Source: Rhizaria sp. SCN 62-66
Taxonomy: Eukaryota
Assembly: GCA_001724265.1 (NCBI GenBank)
Contig: MEDY01000248.1
Coordinates: forward strand, 1 to 55,930
DNA: 55,930 nt
Direction: 5' to 3'
Shown: positions 34,901-47,100 of the stretch, in pieces
Position numbering within the stretch: position 1 is the first letter of the stretch
Layout: every line of letters begins with the position of its first letter
The notes under the pieces: generated by a model
What the model was told of the DNA's origin: nothing
Database searches by the model: none
Seen by the model: only the letters and a program-made list of their open reading frames with translations
Program-made: the position numbers and the translations under genes

Positions 34901-37436
34901 CGTGCTCTTCTGCGACGCGCGCTTTGCCGGCGCCGACTGGCGCGCGCGCCTGCCTGCGTGGCTCGCGCCCAGCGTGCGCGTCTTCCGCCAGTTCGGCGAG
35001 CTGGGCGCCGCGCTCGGCGCCTTCATGGCGCACGCGCAGGCTACCTACGCGCCCGACGACGCCGCGGCGGCCGCGGCCGCGGCGGCCGTTGCCGCGGGCG
35101 AGGACGCGCTTGCCGCGCGCGAGGCCTTCGTCGCCGCCGCAGTCGCCGCGTCGGCCGCCGCGGACGGGCAGGGGCAGGTACAGAGGCGGCGCAAGGCGCG
35201 GTTTAACTGGGGCGACGGAGGCGACGACGCGGGTGGCGCGGGCGGCGCGGGCGGCGCCGCGGGTGGGATCGAGATTGACGCCGAAGAGGAGGCCGACTAC
35301 GCGGCCTGGGGCGCGCTGGGCGGCGCCGCGGCGGCTGCGGCGGGCGCGCGCGGGCTGCGCGCCGAGGACGCGCGCGCGCTGCTGAGCGAGGCCGGCGCGG
35401 AGCTGCAGGAGAGCGCCGACGCGGCCGAGGCGCAGACGCGCGCGCGGGCGCAGGCCGAGGCCGAGGCGGGGCGCAAAAAGACAGCGCGCTCCGTGAACAT
35501 ATTTGCGGCCAAGAACAACAACAGTAACAGCAGTGGCAGCAGCAGCGCGGACGGCGTTAGCACTGCTGGGTTGAATCGGGCGCAGTCTCAGCCACAGGCG
35601 CAGCCTCAGGGACCGGGACCGAGCAAGCTGGCGGCCCTGCTGGGAGGCAGCAGGAACAGTAATCCGACCGTGAACCTCAATAGCCACAGCAGCAGCGCTG
35701 TCAGCGCTGTCAGCGCTGCGAGCGCGAGTAGCTCGACCGCGGCGTCTGCGAGGGCGAGTAGCGAGAAGAAAGGCACGTTGGAGTCGTTCTTCAGCTCGGC
35801 ATCGTCCTCGTCTTCAAACAAGAGCAGCAGCAACAGCAATTCCAGCAATGGCACCAGCTCCACTCGTTTCACCACTCATACCGGCAGGAATGACGCGCCT
35901 CCCGTGCCGGAGCTGAGCCTCGACGAGACGCGCGCGGCGCTGTCTGTGCTGGTGTCGAGCGTGCGCAGCCTCTGCCCGCTGCGCGCCGTCGAGGCCTTCA
36001 TGCTCGCCTTCCGCGACGCGCGCAACGCCGCCGCCGCCCCCACTGGGAGCAGCAGCGGCAGTGCAGGCGAGGTGGCCATCGTGTACAATCGGATGGTGGA
36101 CGCGCTCATGACGCTGCCGGAGTTCTTTCCTCGCGACAAGAGCGCCGCGACGTGCGGCAGCGTGGGCGCGGGCGGCCGCGAGAGCAGCGAGGGCGTCACC
36201 ATTGGCGGCTTCGGCCCCGCCTACAGCGACCGCAAAGCGCGCGACGCGAGTGCGTCTTCGAGCGCGCGCGCGTTCGACCTGTTGCAGCCGCTGCGGTGCC
36301 GGTCGCAGCTGCTGCTGCGGCTGCTGGCGGTGCTCCCCGCGGGCCACCATCAGACCTTCCGCGCCGCCGTGCGGCGCGCCTTTGCGGCCCGGGCCCAGGC
36401 CGAGGCCGACGCCGAGGCCGACGTCGAGGCCGACGTCGAGGCCAGGGCCGGCGCTTCCGGGGGGCTGGGCCAGGGGACGCTGGGCCGGGGGCTGGGACCG
36501 GTGCTGGAGCTCGAGGAGACGGCACGGCGCGACCTGGCGGAGGTGAGGCGCCGTGATGCTGAGGCTGCGGCCGCGGAGGCTGCTGATGCTGCTGTGAAGG
36601 CTAAGGTCAAGGCTGAGGCGGATGCTCAGACGGAAACCAAGACTCCTGGTAGTGGTGGTGTGAAGACCGAGGCTGCGGACGGAATAGCGGCGAAGGTTAA
36701 GATTGAGGCAAAGTCGGAGGCGAAACGAGTGCAGCAGCAGGAGAGCAAGCAAGAGCAACAGAATTAGCAGCCCCAGCGGCAGCCCAACAGCGAGCTGCGC
36801 CCGTCAATCAACAGCTCCACCACTCACACAACTCCCAGCATCACCGGTGGCGACCCGCGCGTGCTCTTGGCGGACCTGCGCGCGGCGTGCGGCCCCGCCT
36901 TCGCAGACGTGCTGGGCGCGGTCGCGGCGCTCAACACGGCAGCGCAGGCGCTTGCCGCTGTGCGCAGCGCGCTGACCGCCGCCATGGCCAGCGGCGGCGG
37001 CGATGGCGAGGCAGCGGCCGAGGCCGAGGCTGAGGCTGAGGCTGAGGCGGCGGTGGACGCGGCGGCGGGGGCGCTGGCGCGGGCCGTGCGGGCGGGCGCG
37101 GACGCAGCGCGCGCGGCGGCGCTGCTGCAGCAGCTCGTCGCCAAGAACAACGAGGCGCGCGGGGCGTGGGGGCGCCAGGCCGCCGCGATCGAGCAAGAGA
37201 GCCGCGGTCAGAGCCTCGGCCAGAGCATCAGTCAGGATATCGGTCAGAACCGCTGTCAGGGCGCCGGCCATGGCGCGGGCCAGGGCGCGGGTCACGGCGC
37301 CAGTGTGAGCGCGACTGCGAGCGAGGGCGAGAGGCTGGGACAGGTGAAGCGTGGGCTCGAGGGCGCTTCCGCTGACGGCGCTACTGTTGCTGGTGACAGT
37401 GGCATTGGCGCTGTTGGGAAGAGGGCTGCGCCGTGA
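31965..37436 (+). CDS. RTEL1: Regulator of telomere elongation helicase 1 (XPD-family Fe-S DNA helicase, 1765 aa), 2 exons, one in-frame TAG
   Basis: Exon 31965-33368, phase-0 intron 33369-33542, exon 33543-37436. VEFPFEPY..Q, LLESPTGTGKTLCLLC, IIYSSRTHSQL, four Fe-S Cys (LCTN, VCR, QCP, LCGYF), PYNYL, DEAHN, YWCF, LTSGTL, FFPSY, VCRGKASEG.DF.D, RAVNQAVGRVIRH..DFGA. Harmonin-like region LLLRLLAVLPAGHHQTF and PIP-like KKGTLESFF. TAG at 36765-36767 is followed in frame by 222 more coding-like codons to TGA. Confidence 0.92.
32334..32410 (+). repeat. Perfect 36-nt tandem duplication inside RTEL1 (GASAAAGAGAGA x2)
   Basis: ggcgctagcgccgctgcgggcgcgggcgccggcgcg occurs twice in tandem. Confidence 0.85.
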
Positions 37437-37873
37437 AGGACCAGCATGTACTAACGTGGTTGATGATTGAGGTGAGTGTGCGAAAGCCATGTCGTATTTA
37501 TATTTGTTTATCTAGTTCATTGTGTCGATGAATACACTAATTTATTCACATAGTCGCGGAACTGAGAGTTGAACAGCGGCACATGGTCAAACCAATATCC
37601 AATAAGTCTGAAGTCAAGAGATACTGAAGTAGCAATACGTCCGTATCATCGTATTGAACTTATCGTATTTGTCATTATATAATACAAACATGTCTTGTAG
37701 AGTTGCTCAACTAAATTTGGTTTTGTGTTGGGCATGTGTTCCGAAAAAAGGTAGGTTACCATTGATTAGGCCGCTTGTGCGCCGCGGGGCTGGGTGAAGA
37801 CAGCGACAAATGTTGCAATTTCTGTTGCTTTCAGTTGTCAAGCGCACCTTTGCACAACAAACCCCAAACTTAT

Positions 37874-40481
37874 ATGAGCAGTCAGGTTTAGAAGAAAGCT
37901 CTACTGACGAGTACTAACGGTATGTATCCACGTTGTTTCCCGACTCAAGCCAAAAGCCTTGAGGACCCGAAAAGTACGCTTGGTCAGCGACGCCCAATTT
38001 TACATTTTTAGAACATCAGCGCACATATTTCAAACTCATGAGTCTCATGATATTCTGTCTTCGTACTTTTTCTATTTCTTTTGCGACTCGCCTTTGCTCC
38101 GCAGCTGCAGCTGCCACCGTAACAGCTCCTCCCAAGCGCGTTCCTGGTGCTATCAGGAAAGCCGATGATCGCCCCTCCCTCGATAGCGCACTTAAGCGTG
38201 TACGTCTCACTTACCATGGCCACGTCTTTTTCCCCACAACAGTTAAAACACGTTTCTCGTTCATGATGTTTTTCTCTCGTCCTCGTTTAGGTTTGTTTGT
38301 CTCCCTCCAACTCACATTTTCCCCTCTCATTCTCTTTCCATCGCCTCCCATCTCTCCAATCTTTCCCATCAGGAGGACGACGAGGACGGCACTAGGTCCG
38401 GTCAACTTGCAGATGACGAGACCGTTATCCACAAGAACAAGCGCTTCTGCTACGCATCGTCCGACCCTCAACGTCTCAATAACGACGACAGCAACGTGAA
38501 TGCCGAACTCCAGTCTGCTTTGGACAAGGCTAAGACGAAGCTTAAGAACGCTGAGACTGAGCGCGATGCGACTGCTGCTAAGCTTAAGAAAGCTCTTGAC
38601 AAAGAGGATGCGGCTCAGGCCAAGCACAGCGAGGCCTTGGCAAGCGCAAGACCTCCAATAAGAAGTTTCAAGCAGAGTGTAAAGCCAAAGAAAAAGGAAA
38701 AGAAGTAGCTAAGAGCTATAAGGCTGATGCTGATGACGCCTCGATGGAAGCGTACACGGCCCGCAGGGAACACGAGAAGGCAACGATATGCCGGAAGGAC
38801 GCAGACGAGAAGTTGCGTGTGGCTAACGTGAAGCTCGATGTGGCTCAGGCTGAGCTCAATGTCGCACAAGCTACTATCGCCGTGGCCAACGGTGCCGCGA
38901 CTGGCTCTGACGACTTGACTCTGGCTGATGCGTACTTCAAGGAGGCTGTCTTGAGCTTGCTAAGGAGCATCTCTACGACGCGTCCGTCGTGGTGCTCGAC
39001 GCCCTTAAGAAGATCACGCAGGTTGAGTCTTGCCGTTCGTCCGGACGAAAGGTCAATCAGGCTTAGCTGAGCTCAGCCCAGGCTGTGCATGCGGCAGCTA
39101 AGACTGGGCAAATGAAAGCTAAGATACAGCTTAAGACGGCTGAAGAAGAGTTGAGGGCGGTGCTACATGTTCTTCGTCGTACGCCTTTAAATTTCTCTAA
39201 AGCACAATATTTTCAATATTTTTAAAAAGCAAACGCGTTTGTCATAGCATTAATCATAGTAGCAGCGTGTAGAAATACGTTTCATATGATATATTCCTTT
39301 ATTCTCAGCGTGCAACTGAGATGGAAGTTGTACGGGCATACGATGAGATATTCAACAAAGCTCACGATGCGATGGCATTCGATTCGGCACCCGCGTACTT
39401 CCACACTCTCGACGCGCCTGTCGGTGCATTCTTCCCCTTTGGCGGCACTGGTCCTGATGATGCTTCAATTCAGCGTCTACTGCTGCGCAAGACCCACAAT
39501 GGCCTTCACCGAGGTCTTCTGACTCAATTGCAAGCCCGCAAAGTTGGCGACTAGGGCCTCGGGCGCACGTTTGTTGTGCGCTGCCCGCCCGGCGCTGGCA
39601 AGTCTGCGATGTTAAACTTTGTGTGGTACGTCGCGCGCTTCAAGCTCAACATGGACGTAGTCTGTCACTTCCTTGACGATACACTTCACCTGTATCCGTC
39701 AACAGACAACACGTCAACCGACACGGTTGAGCTGTTGGACAAGAAGGACGTCAAGCCATGGCTAACCAAGAAGAACGCGGTGTACCTCTTTGATTCTGGA
39801 GAGGATAACGGTCGGCCCTTGTATGCCCCGGCGAATGAGGCAACCAGCATGATTGCTACATCTCCGTACCTGAAGCACTACAGCAACGTCTGCCCGACAG
39901 TTAGCTGCACCTTTACTAACGACCCTAACGTTGTTCCCCTATGGTATTATGCGTGGAGCTATGAAGAGATTGTAGATGCATTTCCACTGTTGCGCCAGGT
40001 TTACACACTTGACGCAGCTGAGAGCTTGTCCGCCTATGTCAATGGTAACTTCCGGTATGCGTTGCAGCTGGCAAATGGAGACAAGACCGAAGACATGGCT
40101 CGTGAGCTCAAGAAAAAGGCTTTTAACGCTGTTTCCCCGTTACTAATGGGCAAGCTAGACAATGAACAGGAAGACTTGGCCGAGCCACTGTATGATAACT
40201 GCATTACTCGCTCCAACGCGCCAAACTATTCGCACCACATCATGTCTTTCTTGCTTAGTGACGAAGCCAGTCGCCTCACGTGGTCGCCTCAAGAGCGGCT
40301 TACGGCGTACGAGCAAGACAATCGTGCGCACGACGCTGAGGAGATGAAAGAGGATGGGGATTTCCTCTACTTCCGCGAGTGCCGTCTTACTTGGGTAACC
40401 AGGAGCACTCAACACGAGTTTGTTCTGAAGCAGAATCCCATGACTTTTCTGATGGCAAACTTTGCTGGTTGCTTTAACTAA
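37874..40481 (+). pseudogene. Coiled-coil + Crinkler/RHS-type P-loop NTPase gene, frameshifted (pseudogene or assembly errors), with in-frame TAGs
   Basis: Phase-compatible exons 37874-37919, 38105-38199, 38373-~39178, 39309-40481. The Lys/Ala/Glu coiled coil needs frame changes near 38640 and 38950, and the third intron phase does not match cleanly. NTPase part FVVRCPPGAGKS...AVYLFD...IATSP...HY...AWSYEEI resembles CRN/RHS NTPases. Lower GC than neighbours. TAG in frame at 37889, 39064 and 39552. Confidence 0.6.
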
Positions 40482-41120
40482 CACATGTATCTAGCTCCAA
40501 AACAATTTTTAATATAACTAGCACATAGTAGTGCATTTATGCATGTAATTGCGTGCAGCCAGATCGTGCGAGTAACAACGTTTCATAACGAGATCCGAAA
40601 CTAGTGTCGAGATGACAGAGCATAGAGCGATTGCGAAAGAGAAGCAAATTAAAAACTCCAAGATTCCATTTGCAAACAGCGACTGCTCATGGTGACCGCG
40701 CAAGAATTGATAAAGAAGAGAAGAAGAGAGGAAAATATCAGTTCGTACTAACGTCGTTGTCAGCTTGCACGGTGAAGTGGACTACTGGCAATTGGAGATA
40801 CGTACCGTATGAATATAACTGAGACAACAAATGGCAACAGTTTGGATGAAAGAAAATGATGAGATAATACAAATAATTGAATGAGAACTAACTTTATTGA
40901 AGTTGTTAACGATAATATCACAACATGAGTCCTTCAGGTGTGAGCAGCAAACCAGGCCTAGATTAGTAATTAAGACTTTGTACTTGCACATTAATACCAA
41001 CAGTTCTATAGCTCCGTCCACCATCATCACTACATGTTTTAATTAATTTTCATGGTCATACTAAATTTATCCTAGGACATTCATAAAACTAAATTCTTTA
41101 CCAGTCGAACGTTGCTCGCT

Positions 41121-44100
41121 TCACTGCTGCTGCTGCGCGTTCTCGTCGCCGGCGGCCTGCGCCATGCGCTCTGCGTGCGCGCGCATACGCTGCAGCAGCG
41201 CGACCATGCCTGCGTTCTCAGCCAGCGCTGCCGCCACCGCGGGGTCTTGGTCCATGCCGTACGCAGCGCCGTGAGCAGTGCCATGCGCGGTGCCGTGCGC
41301 ACTCGCGGGGGAGAGCGCGGGCGACTCGGCGCTGCGATTGGCAGCAGCATCCACAGAGCGAGTGTTGGCGGTGGAGTCAAAGCCGCCGGCCGCGGCGAGG
41401 CGCGCAACCTCGGCAGCCACCGCGGCGGCCTCGGCCCGCTCCGCGACGCTCAGAGGCGCAGCGGCCGACGAGGCGGCCGACGCAGACCTGTCAGACTTGT
41501 CGGCTGCGGCCACGCTGGTGGCGTTGGCGTCGGGCGCGACGGATGCGTCGTCGCTGACGATGCTGATGTCGACGCCGCTGTTGGCCGCGGCCTGGTCGCC
41601 GTAGAGGCCGCTGACGATATCAATGTCGTCGTCGCCTTCGTCCTCGTCGCCGTAGCCGCCACCGTCAGCGCCGTCGTCATCGTCGTCGTAGTCCTCGTCG
41701 TCGTAACTTCCGCCGCCGCCGCCGCCGCCGCTGAGGAGGTCGCTGTTGAGCAGGTCGCTGAGGCCGTTGGCACCGCTGAGGCCGAAGCTGCGCATGAACC
41801 GGCTGATCTACCGCGCCACCGCGTCCCCCTCAGCGCCCACGTCAGCGTCCGCGTCAGCATCAGCGTCAGTGGCAGCATCAGCAACCGCATCAGCAGCAGC
41901 AAGAGCAGCGCCCGCGTCGTCATCATCGCGGTCGCCCTCATGGCTCGCGGCGCCCGCGCCGGCCTCGGCCTCGTTGAGCATCTGTTCCAGCAGACCGGTC
42001 TCGACTAGCTCGTGCAGGGTCTCCTGCGGGCGAACGCAGAAAGAAGAAAAGGGGTACAAAAGAAGTGAATTTCGGTGTGCACGGACGAATGCAATTACGA
42101 AACATTATTTTTTATATCACGTGTTAGAACGTACCGGGTCCATGTCGTCCAGCCCCATCTGGGCCAGCAGCGCGCGGATTTGGTCATGGCCTTCATGGCC
42201 CTGGCTCTGGCTGTGGCTGCTGTTGCTGTCGGCGCCGTCCGCGGCGGAAATACGCTGCGCCATCTGCGCTATCTGCGCCATCTGCGCCATCTGCGCCTCC
42301 AGCTGCTCCACCTCGCGCACCATCGCGGCCAGGTGCGCCGCCTGCTCCTCCGCAATTTCCTCCGCGTCTTCGGCGTCGGCATCAGCAGCGTCGGAGGCAA
42401 ACAGAGCAGCGCGCGCTTCGTCAGTGTCGATGTCGGCGTCGGCGTCAACAGTACCGACCTCATCGTTGCCGCTGTCGCCGTTGTCCTCGCCATCGCCGTA
42501 GTAGCCGTCGCCCTCGCCGGCGCCGTCGCCCTCAGCGGCGCCAAACTGCTGCGCAAAGGCGGCGTCCTCGGCCAGCCCCTGCATGTGCTCCATGAGCTGC
42601 TTGAGCTGCGCCAGCTGGCGCTCCTTCTCGGCCAGCTCGCGCACGCGGCCCTGGAAGTCCGCGCGCGCGTCCGCCGGCAGTGTCTCCAGCACGTCCGCGA
42701 TCGTCATGCCTGCGAGAGCGGGATAGTGCAAGTGTGCATGCCAGTGAGTCAGGCGGTGAGAGCATTGTGTGGGTGTGTGAGTCAGTGAGTAAGAGATGAG
42801 TTGTAATATAGACAAACAATTTTGGCGGAAGATTCATGTGATATACAGTTGAAGCAAGGATTTTAGTTAAAATTGAAGTATTCTTTCAGTAGTAATGACG
42901 TACCAGCGGGAAGATTCAGCAGCAGATCGCCGTCGGCGTCCTCCTCGTCATACGCCTCAGTCTTAGCCTCAGCCTCAGCCTCAGCCTCGGCGTCAACAAG
43001 AGCGCCAGCCTTGACGTCGCCAGAGTCGTCGCCAGCGCCGGCGCCGGCCTGGACGATCTCGGCCTCAGTGGCCTGCGCCTGCTCCTCGGCGGCGCGCGCG
43101 GCGGCCTCGACCGAGTCTTTGAGCGCGCCCAGCTCGGCCAATTGGCGCTCCAGTTCGGCCATGTCGCCGCGCTTGCGCTTGAGGTCGGCCAGCTGCGCCA
43201 GCGCCTCCTCGCGCGCGGCCTCAGGCAGCAGCAGCAGCTCCAGCGCGGCCGAGACCGGGATGTCAAACTCGGCCGCAAAGCCAGACAGGAACGCCTCCAT
43301 CTCGCTGTCCGAAGCGTCAGCGTCGACGTCAGCAGCGGTGTCGGTGTTGGCGTCAGGAGCCTCTGCGCTGTCCTGGGCCTGGGCGGCCTTGACGGCATTA
43401 GCGGCGGCGGCAGTGGCGGCAGGGGTCTCGACCTCGATCACAGTCTCAACCTTGTTAGCCTCAGCCTCAGCGTCAGCATCATCGTCAGCCTGGTCCTTGG
43501 CTTCAGCATGAGCCTCAGCCTCAGCCTCAGCGTTGCCAGGGTCCAGCTCGTTCTCCCGCTCCTGCTCGATGGCCTCGAGCGCATCGCGGTGCGCTTGCAG
43601 CTGTGCCTCGCACGCGCGCAGCTCGCCCTGCTTCTGCGCCCAATGCACGCGCACGGCGGCCACGGCCGCGCCCGTCTCGTGCAGCTCGGCCAGCTCAGCG
43701 GGCGACTCGCGCGCCGCCGTGATGATGTCCAGCGCGCTCACGCCCAGCTCGCGCCAGCCCTCCAGCGACAGCGGGCCCAGCAGCCAGGCGGGCAGCTCCA
43801 CCTCCTCCGCAGACGCAGCCTCAGCCTCAGCCTCGGTAGACCGAGCGGTCTCGGCAGACTGAGGCTCGTGATCAGCGGGCTTGGCGCCAGGCTCGGGAGC
43901 AGCGTTTGCGTTGCTGTTGTTGTTATCGGCGGCGGCGGTGGGGGTGTCAGAGTCAAACTGCTCGTTGGAGTAGTCGTACTCGTCACTCTCAGCTCCACCA
44001 GCGCCAGCATTAGCAGCGAATGTCGACTTCGACTTAGACTCCGCGCTGCCATCAACGTCCTGGGCGTCATCCTTGTCGCCGGCGGCGGCAGCCTCGGCGT

Positions 44101-47100
44101 CCATGGCGTCGAGCAGATCCTCGCCGCCCGGCAAACCCAGCAATGCGGCGACCGTGCGCACCTGCTCTGCTAGCATCGCCTGCGGGTCACGCATCGATGC
44201 AATAATGCAGTATGAGAGACAAATGGAGATATGAAAAACAGATGTGAGGTAAACAACCAAGCCATTCAAATTACAATTCAGATCATGTTTGCGATTCATG
44301 TCATTGATATATGCATCCAAATCCAGCGATTATCGGATTCCACGAACCTGGTCGCTCTCGTCGAGCTCCCCCACGTCGAGTCCCGCGGGCAGCGATGCGA
44401 GCACCCGGGCCAGCGCTCGGTTCAGCAGCTCGTCGCTCGGCTTGCCGTCAGACTCAGGAGGCTCCTGTCCGTCATGCTGCTGCTGCTGCGCGTCGGCCGC
44501 GGCAACCGCGGTGGCCGCGGCGGCGGCGATCGAGTCGTGCTCGGCCTTGGCCTGCTCGAGCTGCGCCAGGAGCTGCTCGCGCATCGACAGCAGGGCCATG
44601 AGCTCGGCCTCAGCCTGGGCCACCTCGGCCGCCTCGGCCTCCGCGGCCTCGGTGTCGGTGTCAGCGTCAGCGTTGTCGGCGTCAGCGACAGCGTTGGCAC
44701 CGTTCGCGATCGCGCGCGCAGTGCCCTCGCCTTCGCCGTTGTCGCCTTCGCGGCCGTGGTCGTCATCGAACACGGAGGGCACGACGCGGGATCCGTCCTC
44801 GCGCGTCACGGCCAGCTGCGCCAACAGGCGGTCCAGCGTGATCAGTCCGCTGCCGTTGCCGCGCACCGCGCCGTCACCGTCGCCGCCGTCACCGTCACCA
44901 TCGCCGTGGGCGCGGGCGTCATCCTCGACCGTCTGCATCAGCAGCGCGAGCGAGTCCTCGTCGATCTCGATGCGCTCCTCCTCCTCAGCCTCAGCCTCAG
45001 CCTCAACCTCAGCCTCAACCTCAGCCTCAACCTCAGGCTCAGCGGCCTCGGCCTCGGCCTCGGCCTCGGTGCCAGACCGAGTCTGCGACTGCGGCTGCTC
45101 GTCTGTGAAGTGGTAGTACTCGTCGCCGGCGTCCCCGCCAGCCGCACCGTCGCTCTCGTCGTTCCCGTCGCTGCTGCCCTGACCGTGAGCCGCCGCAGCC
45201 GTGGTCTCTGCGGGCGACGCGGTCTTTGCGGGCGACGCGGGCCCTAGCGGCAGGAAGGAGCGGCCCACGCCCATGCGCTGCAGCACCAGCTCCAGCGCGG
45301 CCGCGTCGTCGGCGGCGGCCGCGGCGGCCATGTCCTTGGCGAAGGCGTCCATGTCCACGTACAGCGCCTCGTCGCGCCCGCCGCCGCCAGACTGCTGCGC
45401 CTGCTGCGCGTGTGAGGATGCGTGCGAGAGCGAGTGCTGTGCGTGGGCGGGCGTGCGGAGCGAGTCGGTGAGCGCGGAGAGGTCGGCGTTGCGGCGGCGG
45501 GCAGCACTCTCGCCGCACTTGGCCACCTCGGCCGCGGCCTCGGGCGACTGCCGCAGCAGCGCCGCGATGCGCCGGGCCTGCGCCTCGCCGTACGCGCTTT
45601 CACCTTCCTCGTCATCAGCCTCAGCCTCGGCCTCCGCCTCGGGCTGCGTTCGCTCTTGGGACTCAGCCTCAGCCTCAGCGTCGGCGTCATCGGCGTCATC
45701 GGCGAAGTCGGCGTCGGTATCGGCCGTGTCGGAGTCGGCGCTGAGGCGCACGAGCCGGTCGACGTGGCCCTGCAGCTCCTTGAGCTGCGCCTCAACGTCC
45801 GCGCGCTCGCCCTCGACGCCGTCGAGCCTGCCCAGCACGGCCTCCTGCAGCGCGACCAGCTGCTCACAGTCGGCCGCCGCCGCCAGTGCGGACGCCTCGT
45901 CGCCGTCCGCCTCGGCTAGCAGCCGCTCAACCTCCCGCACCAGCGCCAGACGGCCGTCATCCTCGCTGTCCTCCCCCGCCTCGTCATTATGGGCGGGGAC
46001 AGAGCCGGAGCGGAGCGCCTCGAGGTGGCCTGCGGCGGCAACGCGCGCAGCCCTGGCGCGGTCAGCAAGCGCGCCCGCGGCGGCTGTGGCGTCCGAGAGG
46101 TCCCCGTTGGCGCGCTCGAGCAGCGAGACGAGCTCGGCGCGCTGCTGCGAGAGCGCGCCCCGGTGCGACAGCAGCAGCGCACTCAGCTCCGACGCCGCGC
46201 GCAGAGACGACGCCAGCGACGCCGCCTGCGACGGTGACGAGTCTGCGCTCTGAGAGTCGTCGTCGGCGTCATCGTCGTCAGCGGTGGTGATGAGGACCGG
46301 GGACAGGGGGCTGTCAAGCTCGGCGTTCTCCACGGCGTACGTCTTGGCCACGATAGTGCCAGCGCCAGCGCCAGAGCCAGAGCCAGCGCCAGCGCCAGCG
46401 CCAGCGCCAGAGCGAGAGGCAGAGCCAGAGTGGGACTGAGAGAGAGAGCTGACGTCGACACGCACGCCGAAGTCGTCGTAATCGTCGCTCTCGTCATCGT
46501 ACTGGCCGTCGTCGTCGTCGTCATCGTCGCGATCGGCGCCCGCGTCCGTACTATGGGCGGGGGCGGGGGTGGGGATGGGCCCGGCGAGCGAGACAGGGAC
46601 GCCAGCGCGCCGGGAGGCGAGGATGCGCTTGCGCAGCGCCAGCGTCGTGGGCGCGTCGTGCACGATCATCGGCACACGAGACAGCGCTGAGGGCGAGGAC
46701 GCTGAGGGCGAGGGGGAGCCACGGGACTGCTGGGGGCGCTGAGACTGGGACTGGGACGGAGACATCTCGTACGGATTCTCATAGTCCTCGTCGTTCTCGT
46801 TCTCGTCGTCCTCATCATCGTCGTGGGTGTCTTCGTAGTCCGGCTGGTCGCTCAGGTAGCCGAAGTCAAGCCGGGCAGCGTCGAAGTTAGGCCGCTTCGC
46901 CGCCGCGTCGACAGACTGGGCGGGATTCGACTGAGCGTAAGCGTTGCCGCTGCTGCTGAGGGGCTGGGCGTGGGCGGCGTCGACCCCGGCAGTGAGGGCG
47001 TACACGGCCTCGGGACTCAGCCCGTACTCGTCCTCCTCGTCCTCAGCAGCAGTGTTGCTGTAGCCACGGCCGTAGTCGCCGTTGTTTTCGTAGCTGTCGT

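Noticed and set aside
38706-38708. TAG ending ORF 38496-38708
   Set aside because: It falls after an apparent frameshift near 38640. The coiled-coil-like reading continues in another frame, so this TAG is uninformative for the code.
42260-42300. Short direct repeats (AQMAQMAQIAQM; also 46357-46430 and 49655-49725)
   Set aside because: Coding microsatellite/minisatellite expansions, not CRISPR arrays or mobile-element ends: no unique spacers, and the context is eukaryotic.
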